Below are positions 9,462 to 17,884 of a stretch of 64,000 nucleotides of DNA, one piece after another. The notes beneath the pieces are model-generated. The model ran no database searches. It was not told the DNA's origin and saw nothing but the letters and a program-made list of their open reading frames with translations. The stretch is from assembly GCA_963790305.1 (NCBI GenBank), contig CAWBOC010000009.1, forward strand, positions 256,001 to 320,000. Direction: 5' to 3'. The translations under genes and the position numbers were made by a program. Position 1 is the stretch's first letter. Every line of letters starts with the position of its first letter. The DNA is from an uncultured Gemmatimonadaceae bacterium (lineage in GTDB: Bacteria; Gemmatimonadota; Gemmatimonadetes; Gemmatimonadales; Gemmatimonadaceae).

Positions 9462-10847
9462 TCACACTACCGATCTTGGATCCGGCTTGGGCAGCGCGTC
9501 CCATTCCTTTCGCGCCTCGCGTGCGTCCGGGCGCCCGAGCATCCCGTAGGTGTAGCGCTTCCCGAGCTCGACTCCGGGCTGATCGAGCGGATTCACCTCA
9601 TACAGCGCCCCGGCGATGACGGTGGCGATCGCGAGCATCATGAGCATCGACCCCACGTGCCAGGCGTCGAGCGTCTCACAGGTGATCGTCATGTTGGGAC
9701 GCCCCCGCCGCGCCAGGGCCCCAGCGGTCGCCTGACGCTCGACATCGAGCAGCTCGCCCAGCGAGTGGCCGCCGAGATACGCGAGCTCGGGGATGTCGGG
9801 GTGCAGCTTCGGAATCGCAATGTCGGTCGCGCGCGAGCCGACGGCAATGAAAGTCACGGTCTTGTCGAGCGGACCTTCCATGAACAGCTGAACCTGGGAA
9901 TGCTGATCGGTCGCGCCGAGCGCAGGAATCGGCGTCGGTCCAACACTGGTTCCGTCAGCTTTGGTCTTCCCCAGACTCTCCGCCCACAGCTGCACGAACC
10001 AGTCGCCCACGTCGCGCAGGTTGTCGCTGTATGGCATGATGACGTGCGTGCGCAAGCCGTGTTGTGTGTCGGCGAGCCACTGGAGCATGGCGTACGTCGC
10101 CGCCGGGTTCTTCCGCAGCTCGCGCGCGCCGCATCGCTCGGCCATGTCCCCGGCGCCGGCCATCAACGCCTGGATGTCGATGCCGATCAGTGCCGCCGGG
10201 AGCAGTCCCACCGCCGACAGTACACTGAATCGACCACCGACATTGGGGGGGATGTCGAGCGCGGGAATCGATTCTTCGCGCGCAATGCGACGGAGCGATC
10301 CCTTCTCGGGATCGGTGACGAACACGAGGTGGCGTTGGAACTTGTCACCCAGTGCTTCGATGAGCCGTCCGCGCACGACGAGATACTGCGCCATCGTCTC
10401 GGCGGTGCCACCCGACTTCGACACGACGAGAAACAGCGTTCGGCCGACCTCAATGCGGCCGAGCAACTCCGCCATGGTTACCGGGTCGACGTTCTCCAAC
10501 ACGTGGAGTCGCGGGAAGTAATCGCGCGCCTCGTCGCCAAGCTCGTTCCACCGGATGGATCGGAGCGCCGAGCGAAGCGCGATGGGCCCGAGCGCCGAGC
10601 CGCCGATCCCGAGCACGACAATGTCGCTGAACGCCTGCCCCGCGCCCTCCGCAAACTGGCGGATCTGGTCGGTGCTTTGGTGGGCAGCGGGGAGATCGAG
10701 AAACCCCAGCTCGCCGCGCCCCCGCCGCTCGTCGAATACCGCCATCGCGCGCGCGAACGCATCGCCCGCGCTCTCAATGGCGGCGAGGGGAATCCCGCCG
10801 GGCACGTTCTCGGCGAGCATGTTCGTATAGTCGAGCCGCAGCGCCAT
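9462..10847 (-). CDS. pgi: Glucose-6-phosphate isomerase
   Basis: GIGGSALG, SKSGGTAET, VGGRFSVLS, QLWAESLGK, DQPGVELGK. Confidence 0.96.
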   Translation of the reverse strand: MALRLDYTNMLAENVPGGIPLAAIESAGDAFARAMAVFDERRGRGELGFLDLPAAHQSTDQIRQFAEGAGQAFSDIVVLGIGGSALGPIALRSALRSIRWNELGDEARDYFPRLHVLENVDPVTMAELLGRIEVGRTLFLVVSKSGGTAETMAQYLVVRGRLIEALGDKFQRHLVFVTDPEKGSLRRIAREESIPALDIPPNVGGRFSVLSAVGLLPAALIGIDIQALMAGAGDMAERCGARELRKNPAATYAMLQWLADTQHGLRTHVIMPYSDNLRDVGDWFVQLWAESLGKTKADGTSVGPTPIPALGATDQHSQVQLFMEGPLDKTVTFIAVGSRATDIAIPKLHPDIPELAYLGGHSLGELLDVERQATAGALARRGRPNMTITCETLDAWHVGSMLMMLAIATVIAGALYEVNPLDQPGVELGKRYTYGMLGRPDAREARKEWDALPKPDPRSVV

Positions 10848-10848
10848 G

Positions 10849-11628
10849 TCAGTCGATCCGAATGGTGAGACCGTCGAACGCCGGCGCGATCCCGGCCGGC
10901 AGCTCCGCCTCGAGGTCGGCGTGCCGGTTGTCGTGCGTGAGATGCGTGAGGTACGTGCGCTCCGCGCCAAGCTCGCGCGCGACGCGCACCGCCTCGGGGA
11001 TGCTCAAGTGCGTCGGATGCTCGGTGCGAAAGAGTGCGTTGATGACGAGCACCCGCGCGCCACGCATCTGCTTCATCGCAGGCTCCGGGACGCTCTTCGC
11101 GTCGGTGATATACGCAAGCGGGCCAATGCGATACCCGTAGACCGAGAACGGGCCGTGCGGCACCGCGACAGCCATCACGTGCACACCGCCCAGCTCCACC
11201 GACTCGCCATCCCCCAACGCTCTCGCGTGGCCCTCGGGCTTCGAGGTTCCCGGTAGCGGGCGAATGGTATCGTCGAAGATGTAGGGGAACCTCCGCGCGA
11301 GGCGATCGAGCGTGTCGCGGGCACCGTAGATCGGCAGCGCGGCGCCGCGGCGAACGGAGATGGCGCGAAGATCATCAATGCCATGGGTATGATCCGCGTG
11401 ATCGTGCGTGTAGAACACGGCATCGACGCGATCAATGTCGGCGGCGATGAGCTGTACACGCAGCTCCGGTGGCGTATCGATGAGGATCTTCGTCCCGTCG
11501 TCCGTCTCGACCAGGGCGCCAACGCGGGTGCGTCGATCGCGAGGATCTGGAGAGCGGCATACCTCGCAGTGACATCCGAGCTGGGGCACGCCGAAGCTCG
11601 TGCCCGTGCCGAGGAAGGTCAGCTTCAC
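10849..11628 (-). CDS. PhnP-like MBL-fold metallohydrolase
   Basis: FLGTGTSFGVP, CxCxxC, THDHADHTHGIDDLR. Confidence 0.9.
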   Translation of the reverse strand: MKLTFLGTGTSFGVPQLGCHCEVCRSPDPRDRRTRVGALVETDDGTKILIDTPPELRVQLIAADIDRVDAVFYTHDHADHTHGIDDLRAISVRRGAALPIYGARDTLDRLARRFPYIFDDTIRPLPGTSKPEGHARALGDGESVELGGVHVMAVAVPHGPFSVYGYRIGPLAYITDAKSVPEPAMKQMRGARVLVINALFRTEHPTHLSIPEAVRVARELGAERTYLTHLTHDNRHADLEAELPAGIAPAFDGLTIRID

Positions 11629-13097
11629 ACCACTTCGACCTTCATCATGTTCGTGCTGCCAGGCTGATCGAAGGGCACCCCCGCCGTGACGACGACTCGC
11701 TCGTTCGGCTTGGCCAGCCCGCGCGCACGCGCCGCGGTGAGCGCATGTCCCACCATCGCGGTGTAGTTCCCCGCGCTCGGCACGAGCTCGGGCTGCACGC
11801 CCCACACCAGGGCCAGCTGACGGTACGTGCGCTCGACGTCGGTCGCGGCCAGGATGGGAACCTCCGGACGGTGTGATGCAACCACACGCGCGCTGAATCC
11901 ACTTTTGGTGAAGACGATGATGAGCGGCACCGCGAGCATGCGAACCGCCGCGACGGTCGCGGCGGCAATGGCGTCCTCGGTCTCCACGGGCCCGTCGGAC
12001 CGGCGCAGCCGTGCGTGATCGGTCACGCGCTGTTTCGGCGCGGGATGACTCTCGATCTCGGTGATGATGCGGCTCATCGCGCGCACGGCGAGCTCGGGAT
12101 ACTGCCCGGTCGCTGTCTCCGCCGACAGCATCACGGCGTCCGTGCCGTCGAGGATCGCATTCGCGACGTCGCTCGCCTCGGCGCGCGTGGGCCGCGGATT
12201 CTCGATCATCGACTCGAGCATCTGCGTGGCGGTGATCACCGGTCGGCCGGCGGCGTTGGCCAGCGCGATGATGCGCTTCTGCGCAATGGGCACCTCCTCG
12301 AACGGCAGCTCCACGCCGAGATCGCCGCGCGCAACCATTACGGCGTCGGCGACACGCAGGATGCTGTCAATGTTCGCGAGCGCGGTGTCCTTCTCGATCT
12401 TCGCGACGACGAGCATGTGCGGCGGAACGAGCCGACGGAGCCCCTCAATGTCCTTCGCCCGTCGCACGAACGAGAGCGCGAGGTAATCGACTTCCTGGCC
12501 CACCGCGAACTCGATGTCGGCGCGATCCTTCTCCGTGATCGATGGCGCGGAGACGAGCACGCCGGGAAGGTTGATTCCCTTGTGGCTCGACATGGGCCCG
12601 CCGTGGACGACGCGAGCCACAACGCGCGGCGGATGCACCTCGAGCACGACGAGGTCGAGCAGGCCGTCGTTGATGAGGATGCGATCTCCGACCTTTACAT
12701 CGCTCGCCAGCTCGCCGTACGTGACGGGAATGTCCTCCCCTTCCGCAACCGCGTCGGGGGCCAGCACGATGTCGTGCCCCTCGACCAGCATGACGGGCGC
12801 GGGAAGGTCTCCGATGCGTATGCGAGGTCCCTGGAGATCTCCCAGGATGGCGATGGGGCGGCCGATCTCCTTCGCGATCGCACGCACCGCGCTGATGACT
12901 TCCTCATGCTGCTCGTGCGTGCCATGCGAGAAGTTGATACGGGCGACGTTCATCCCGGCCGTGATGAGGGCGCGCAATACCGTGGGCGAGGACGACGCAG
13001 GCCCGATCGTGCAGACGATCTTTGTGCGGGCGGTATGACGAGAGGTTGTCGAGGTGGTCGAGGTCGTCGAGGGTGTCGAGGTCGCTACCGTGCTCAT
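11625..13097 (-). CDS. pyk: Pyruvate kinase
   Basis: RTKIVCTIGPAS, NFSHG, VARGDLGVE, ATQMLESM, TRAEASDVAN; S/T-rich N-terminal extension derived from a repeat. Confidence 0.97.
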   Translation of the reverse strand: MSTVATSTPSTTSTTSTTSRHTARTKIVCTIGPASSSPTVLRALITAGMNVARINFSHGTHEQHEEVISAVRAIAKEIGRPIAILGDLQGPRIRIGDLPAPVMLVEGHDIVLAPDAVAEGEDIPVTYGELASDVKVGDRILINDGLLDLVVLEVHPPRVVARVVHGGPMSSHKGINLPGVLVSAPSITEKDRADIEFAVGQEVDYLALSFVRRAKDIEGLRRLVPPHMLVVAKIEKDTALANIDSILRVADAVMVARGDLGVELPFEEVPIAQKRIIALANAAGRPVITATQMLESMIENPRPTRAEASDVANAILDGTDAVMLSAETATGQYPELAVRAMSRIITEIESHPAPKQRVTDHARLRRSDGPVETEDAIAAATVAAVRMLAVPLIIVFTKSGFSARVVASHRPEVPILAATDVERTYRQLALVWGVQPELVPSAGNYTAMVGHALTAARARGLAKPNERVVVTAGVPFDQPGSTNMMKVEVV

Positions 13098-13153
13098 GCG
13101 ATCCTCCCCTCGATCACCTCGACAGCCTCGACGACGTCGACACCCTCGAGCCT
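13041..13153. repeat. 9-bp-periodic palindromic element, copy 2 (loop contains the pyk RBS and ATG)
   Basis: gaggttgtc gaggtggtc gaggtcgtc gagggtgtc ... gatcacctc gacagcctc gacgacgtc gacaccctc. Confidence 0.85.
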
Positions 13154-14274
13154 CACCTCCCCACCACCTTCTGCTCGAGTCGCTCCAGCAATCCCTCGAA
13201 GGACTTCTGGAAGGAGGCCAGACCATCGACCAGGAGCTTGTCGGTCACGGAGGCGAGTGAGATGCCCAATGACTCCAGGTCCGCGATTGCGCGCCGCTCG
13301 CGGTCGATGTCCGCGTCGACCGTGCGCAGGACGATGCCGTGGTCGCGGAATGCATCGATCGTTTGCGGTGGCATCGTATCGACGGTGTCGGGGCCGATGA
13401 GCGCTTCCACGTACATCACGTCCCGGTACGCTGGATTCTTGGTGCTGGTGCTCGCCCAGAGCGGGCGCTGCACCCGCGCACCCTTGGCGACCAGCGCGTC
13501 CCACCGCGCGCCCGAGAAGCGCTCCTGAAAGAGCGCGTAGGCGAGCTTCGCGTTGGCGATCGCAATGCGCCCGCGCAGCGCACGCAGGCGCTCAGCGTCG
13601 GCCGAGGACATGTTCGCCACCCGCGCATCGATACGCTTGTCGACTTCGGTATCGACGCGGCTCACGAAGAAGCTCGCGACCGATGCGATTCGATCGACCG
13701 GCTTGCCGGTGCGGACGCGGTCCTCGAGACCGCCCAGGTAGGCCTCGATGATGTCGGCGTACGCGTCGAGCGCGAAGAGCAGCGTGATGTTGACGTTGAT
13801 GCCCTCGGCAATGAGGCGGCGTGCGGCGATCGCGCCGTCGCGCGTGCCTGGCACCTTGATCATCACATTCGGGCGGTCGACCAGAGTCCACAGCCGACGC
13901 GCCTCGGTGAGCGTCTCCTCGACGTCATGCGCCGCGCCCGGCGACACCTCGATCGACACGAAGCCATCCGCATGACCACTGGTTTCGTATACCTGCCGGA
14001 ATACGTCGCAGGCATCGCGCACATCGTCGGTGGCGATCATCTCGAACAGCTCCCACGATGTGTGGGTGGCAGGCGCAGCCGCGAGCTGATCGTCGTACGC
14101 GTCGGAGTCGGTGAGCGCCTTCTCGAAGATCGTCGGATTTGACGTCATACCGGTCAACGCATCACGCTCGATGCGCTGGGAGAGCTCGCCGCCGCGGAGG
14201 AGGGACCGGTCGATGTAGTCGAGCCAGATCGATTGTCCGGCATCGTGAAGCGCGTGCAGCGGTGTCTTCGGCAT
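13153..14274 (-). CDS. tal: Transaldolase
   Basis: GQSIWLD, TSNPTIF, SIEVSP, MIKVPGT, ASFFVSRVD, QRPLWASTSTK. Confidence 0.96.
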   Translation of the reverse strand: MPKTPLHALHDAGQSIWLDYIDRSLLRGGELSQRIERDALTGMTSNPTIFEKALTDSDAYDDQLAAAPATHTSWELFEMIATDDVRDACDVFRQVYETSGHADGFVSIEVSPGAAHDVEETLTEARRLWTLVDRPNVMIKVPGTRDGAIAARRLIAEGINVNITLLFALDAYADIIEAYLGGLEDRVRTGKPVDRIASVASFFVSRVDTEVDKRIDARVANMSSADAERLRALRGRIAIANAKLAYALFQERFSGARWDALVAKGARVQRPLWASTSTKNPAYRDVMYVEALIGPDTVDTMPPQTIDAFRDHGIVLRTVDADIDRERRAIADLESLGISLASVTDKLLVDGLASFQKSFEGLLERLEQKVVGR

Positions 14275-14432
14275 GGATTGGTCAGCGGCGGTGACGTGTC
14301 GCGCCGGCATTGTCAGCGGCGTTCCTGTCGAAAGATATCATCTGCTGGGCCGGTCCGCTCGCTTCCCGCCATCCGGCGTGCCATGCATCTTCGGCGCGTG
14401 ACATTTCACGCGTTTTCTCCCCAGCCCACCCC

Positions 14433-15449
14433 GTGAGCGACGCAGAGCGGTCGATTGCCGTCCGCGCTCGCGATCTCGCGAAGCAGCTCGACGGCACGCT
14501 CGTTCCGGCTGTCCCGGTGCCTCGATGGTCGAGTGGCGCGCTGCACGGGGACGCACAAACCGCATACGCCACGTGGATGGCGCGGCAACCGGTGAGCGGA
14601 GTGGCGGTGTGGGCACATACCGGGCGCGGCCTCCACCTCGACGCTTCGACTCGGGACCAGGTACTCCTGGCCTGGCGGACGGCAATGCCAGCGCCGGCGC
14701 TCATCATCGCCGGATGCGGGGTGCCCGCCGACGGCGGCCCGCTCCCTAGCGATCCCCCGACGCGCACCGATCACGTCATCCGCCGCACCGTCGCCGTGGC
14801 GGAAGCGGCACGGGCGGGCGGTGCGGACGCGTTGCTCGTCCACCCCCCTGGGCACCTCGCAGGCCTTCCGGATGCTTCCGGCCGCGTCCTCGCCCTGCAC
14901 AACGCCCTGGCTGAGGTCGGACTCCCTCTCGTCGCCTTTCTGCTCTATCAGCGGGCCAGCGGGTTGGAGTACGACGACTCCCTTCTGGACGGGCTGCTCG
15001 CGCTCCCGCACGTGGCCGGCGTGAAACTCGCCACGCTCGATTCCGTCATGCGATTCCAGACGGTCGCAGCTCGCCTGGCCGCAAATCACCCGGACCGGCT
15101 TCTCATTACAGGTGAGGATCGCTTTCTGGGGTACTCGTTGATGATCGGAGCCCGATGCGCGTTGATCGGCATGGGCGCGGCGAGAACGAGCATGCAGCAC
15201 GCGCTCGTACGGGCAGCTGTCACCAACGACGCTCCGGCGCTCGTACGCCTGACGAGCGCGTGCGACGCGTTCGCCGCCGCGACGTTCCTCGAGCCGATGG
15301 AGGGCTATATTCGGCGCATGCTGTGGGCGTTGGCGGAAGACGGGATAATTCCTGACGACGCGTGTCACGACCCGGCGGGCCCGGCGCTCGACCCGAATGA
15401 GCGGACGCGCCTCGTGGAGGCGATGCGCGCGCTGGAGGAAGTCGCGTGA
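14433..15449 (+). CDS. Dihydrodipicolinate synthase/N-acetylneuraminate lyase-family aldolase (not canonical DapA)
   Basis: LVPAVPVP, WAHTGRG (GxxG variant), VAGVKLA Schiff-base Lys, ITGEDR. Confidence 0.75.
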   Translation: MSDAERSIAVRARDLAKQLDGTLVPAVPVPRWSSGALHGDAQTAYATWMARQPVSGVAVWAHTGRGLHLDASTRDQVLLAWRTAMPAPALIIAGCGVPADGGPLPSDPPTRTDHVIRRTVAVAEAARAGGADALLVHPPGHLAGLPDASGRVLALHNALAEVGLPLVAFLLYQRASGLEYDDSLLDGLLALPHVAGVKLATLDSVMRFQTVAARLAANHPDRLLITGEDRFLGYSLMIGARCALIGMGAARTSMQHALVRAAVTNDAPALVRLTSACDAFAAATFLEPMEGYIRRMLWALAEDGIIPDDACHDPAGPALDPNERTRLVEAMRALEEVA

Positions 15450-16669
15450 GACGCGAGCTGCCGGCGCAGGCGCCCCTTCCCGAGCGCATCCGAAACCAGA
15501 TCGCGGACGAGTTCGAAGCGCGCGCCGATAACCCGCTCACGGAGAACCTTCGCGAGTGGGCCCTCGAACGGTGGGGCGTCGACATCGCGGGACGGTATGC
15601 GGGGCGAAAGATCCGCGTGCCCTTTGGAAAGGCGTCGGGGCAGCTCTCGATGACTCCGCAGCAGGTCGAGACCGACGCACTCGCCGGCCTCGGCTTCGTC
15701 GTGCTCAAGACGGTCATCGCGCAAGACAACAGTGGCGAGCGCGGAATGTCGGCGTGGGCGATCCACGAGACGCACATGCACGTCGAGCGCATCGAGGACG
15801 AGGACGGTACGTCGGGTTGGACGGTGACGTGGCGCGGTCGCGGCTGGGACAAGCCGTTCTCGAGCTACCTTCGACTGCTGCGCGCCGCGGTCCCCATTGG
15901 CGCCGAGCACGACATGCCAGTGGCAGCGTCGGTGAAATACCATCTGCCGGCGAGCCCCGACGAGCCATTTCGCGAATCCGAATACCGCTACACCACCCAG
16001 GCGCTCGCGGCGGCATGGCGCGACGCGGCCGGCAGGGGTGCGCCGATCATCGAGAAGGACTTCAGTCCCACGCTCGCCGCCGATGAGCGGTCCGAGGAGC
16101 GCGCGAACGTGCTGCGGTGGCTGCGCGAGGTGCCGCATCTCGTCGCCAATGCCGGCGCCGGTCCGATCGACCTCGGCATTAAGGTCATGAACGCGCGCTT
16201 CGACGATGCATTTCAGACCGAGATGCTCGCCGCGCTCGAGGACACGGAGCGAGTACGCTTTCGCGTGGCCTTCAATCGTCTGTTCGACCAGGAGCGTGGT
16301 GTCGCCTACGGCGGCCCGGCGCTCGCACGCCGGAATCTCCAGGCACTCAATGCATTCATCGCGCAGCAGGGCGCTCCGCCCGCTGCGCTCTCCGGCACGG
16401 GCGACATCCACTCGGGACGTCGCATGATCGAGTACGCGCTGCGAGGAGCGGAGAGCGGCCAGATTCACACGTTCTTTCAGCTCCCGCGCGCGCTGTACCG
16501 CTCGGGGTGCGCATCGCGCACCGCGGCGGCACTCCATGACCTCGTGCTCCACCCGGACCACGGCCTCGTTGCATGGTTGATCGCCCTCGGTGAGATGGGA
16601 TGGATCGAGCGGCGCGACGGCGTGCTGCACTTTCTCGACATCAGCTCGCAAGTTCCCAGTCAGCGTTGA
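15446..16669 (+). CDS. Divergent dihydroorotate dehydrogenase-like flavoprotein
   Basis: PFGKASGQLS, GFVVLKTV, LSGTGDIHSG, GAESGQIHT resemble the DHOD TIM barrel. Confidence 0.55.
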   Translation: MRRELPAQAPLPERIRNQIADEFEARADNPLTENLREWALERWGVDIAGRYAGRKIRVPFGKASGQLSMTPQQVETDALAGLGFVVLKTVIAQDNSGERGMSAWAIHETHMHVERIEDEDGTSGWTVTWRGRGWDKPFSSYLRLLRAAVPIGAEHDMPVAASVKYHLPASPDEPFRESEYRYTTQALAAAWRDAAGRGAPIIEKDFSPTLAADERSEERANVLRWLREVPHLVANAGAGPIDLGIKVMNARFDDAFQTEMLAALEDTERVRFRVAFNRLFDQERGVAYGGPALARRNLQALNAFIAQQGAPPAALSGTGDIHSGRRMIEYALRGAESGQIHTFFQLPRALYRSGCASRTAAALHDLVLHPDHGLVAWLIALGEMGWIERRDGVLHFLDISSQVPSQR

Positions 16670-17847
16670 CGGCGGCGATCACGATCGAGCGCGCTCGTCT
16701 GTGGGTCATCGCGCTCCCCCTCACGGTGCCCTTCGCCATCAGCGGCGGCGTCATGCACGTTCGCCGATCCCTCATCGTCGAGCTCGGCACCAGCGATGGG
16801 GCGACAGGTTTCGGTGAGAGCGCTCCCTTCGAGCTTCCCTTCTATTCGTCGGAAACGCTCGAGAGCGCGCGCTGGCTCCTCACGAGCGTTCTGCTTCCGC
16901 GCCTGATCGGCCGCACCCTCGACAACCCGCTGGCTGCCGATGGGATCCTCCGTGCGGGAGTTCGGGGAAACCCCTTCGCGCGCGCTGGTGCGGAAACGGC
17001 GGTCTGGGATCTGTTCTGCCATCGACGAGGCGTGCGGATGCTGGATCTCCTGGTCAATGCCCTGCGCACCATGGGCGTCGACGAGCGGCATCTTGCGCCC
17101 CGTCCTCAGGTGACGTGCGGGGTCGCGCTCGGGATTCCTGAAGATGGGGCACCCGTTACGCTGGCTCGCTGGACTCGTGAGGCGCTGGCGCAGGGCTACC
17201 GGCGTGTCAAGATCAAGATCCGGCCGGGTTGGGACGTCGAGCCGATACGGGCCGTTCGCGAGGTGCTCAAGACGGCCGCGCGCCCCGTGCTACTTTGGGC
17301 CGACGCGAACGGATCGTACGACCTCGACGGCGACGCGGATGCGTTGCGTGTCATTGATGCGGAAGGACTCCGCTTCATCGAGCAGCCGCTGCAGCACGAC
17401 GACCTCGTCGATCATGCCGCCCTGGCGAAGCGACTTCGGACTCCGGTCTGTCTCGATGAATCCTTGCGCGACGCGCGGTGGGCGCGTCATGCGCTCGAGC
17501 TCGGTGCCTCACGCATCTGGAACATCAAGGTGCAACGGTTAGGCGGCCTCGCCGAAGCCCTGCGGGTGTACGCTCTCGCTGCGGCGAACGACGTCGAGCT
17601 GTGGGGCGGCACCATGCCAGAAACGGGAATTGGCGCGCGCGCGATCCTCGCGCTGGGCGCGCTGCCGCGCTTCGTGTACCCGAGCAATGTCGAGCCGAGT
17701 GACCGGTGGTACGCATCAGGAACGGATCCCTTTCCGCTCGTCATGACTGCGGACGGGACGATGCCGGTGCCGAGTGAGAAGGGGATATCGACGTTAGGCG
17801 TGGGCGACCGTCTGCGCGAGCACGCAACGGTCGTATGGAGCTCGTGA
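16666..17847 (+). CDS. o-succinylbenzoate synthase / N-acylamino acid racemase (enolase superfamily)
   Basis: RVKIKI, ADANGSY, FIEQPL, CLDESL, NIKVQR, WGGTMPETGIG; TTG start overlaps the upstream TGA. Confidence 0.85.
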   Translation: MTAAITIERARLWVIALPLTVPFAISGGVMHVRRSLIVELGTSDGATGFGESAPFELPFYSSETLESARWLLTSVLLPRLIGRTLDNPLAADGILRAGVRGNPFARAGAETAVWDLFCHRRGVRMLDLLVNALRTMGVDERHLAPRPQVTCGVALGIPEDGAPVTLARWTREALAQGYRRVKIKIRPGWDVEPIRAVREVLKTAARPVLLWADANGSYDLDGDADALRVIDAEGLRFIEQPLQHDDLVDHAALAKRLRTPVCLDESLRDARWARHALELGASRIWNIKVQRLGGLAEALRVYALAAANDVELWGGTMPETGIGARAILALGALPRFVYPSNVEPSDRWYASGTDPFPLVMTADGTMPVPSEKGISTLGVGDRLREHATVVWSS

Positions 17848-17884
17848 CCGGACGTTCGACCGCAGTGCCCCACCACCGAGATCT

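Noticed and set aside
3712..10868. Long plus-strand ORFs (3712-5613, 8526-10868) and similar antisense ORFs elsewhere
   Set aside because: Arg/Ala-rich shadow frames opposite well-supported genes, as expected at high GC
16666..17847. Assignment as menC of a menaquinone operon
   Set aside because: No men genes are adjacent, and this subfamily is often an N-acylamino acid racemase
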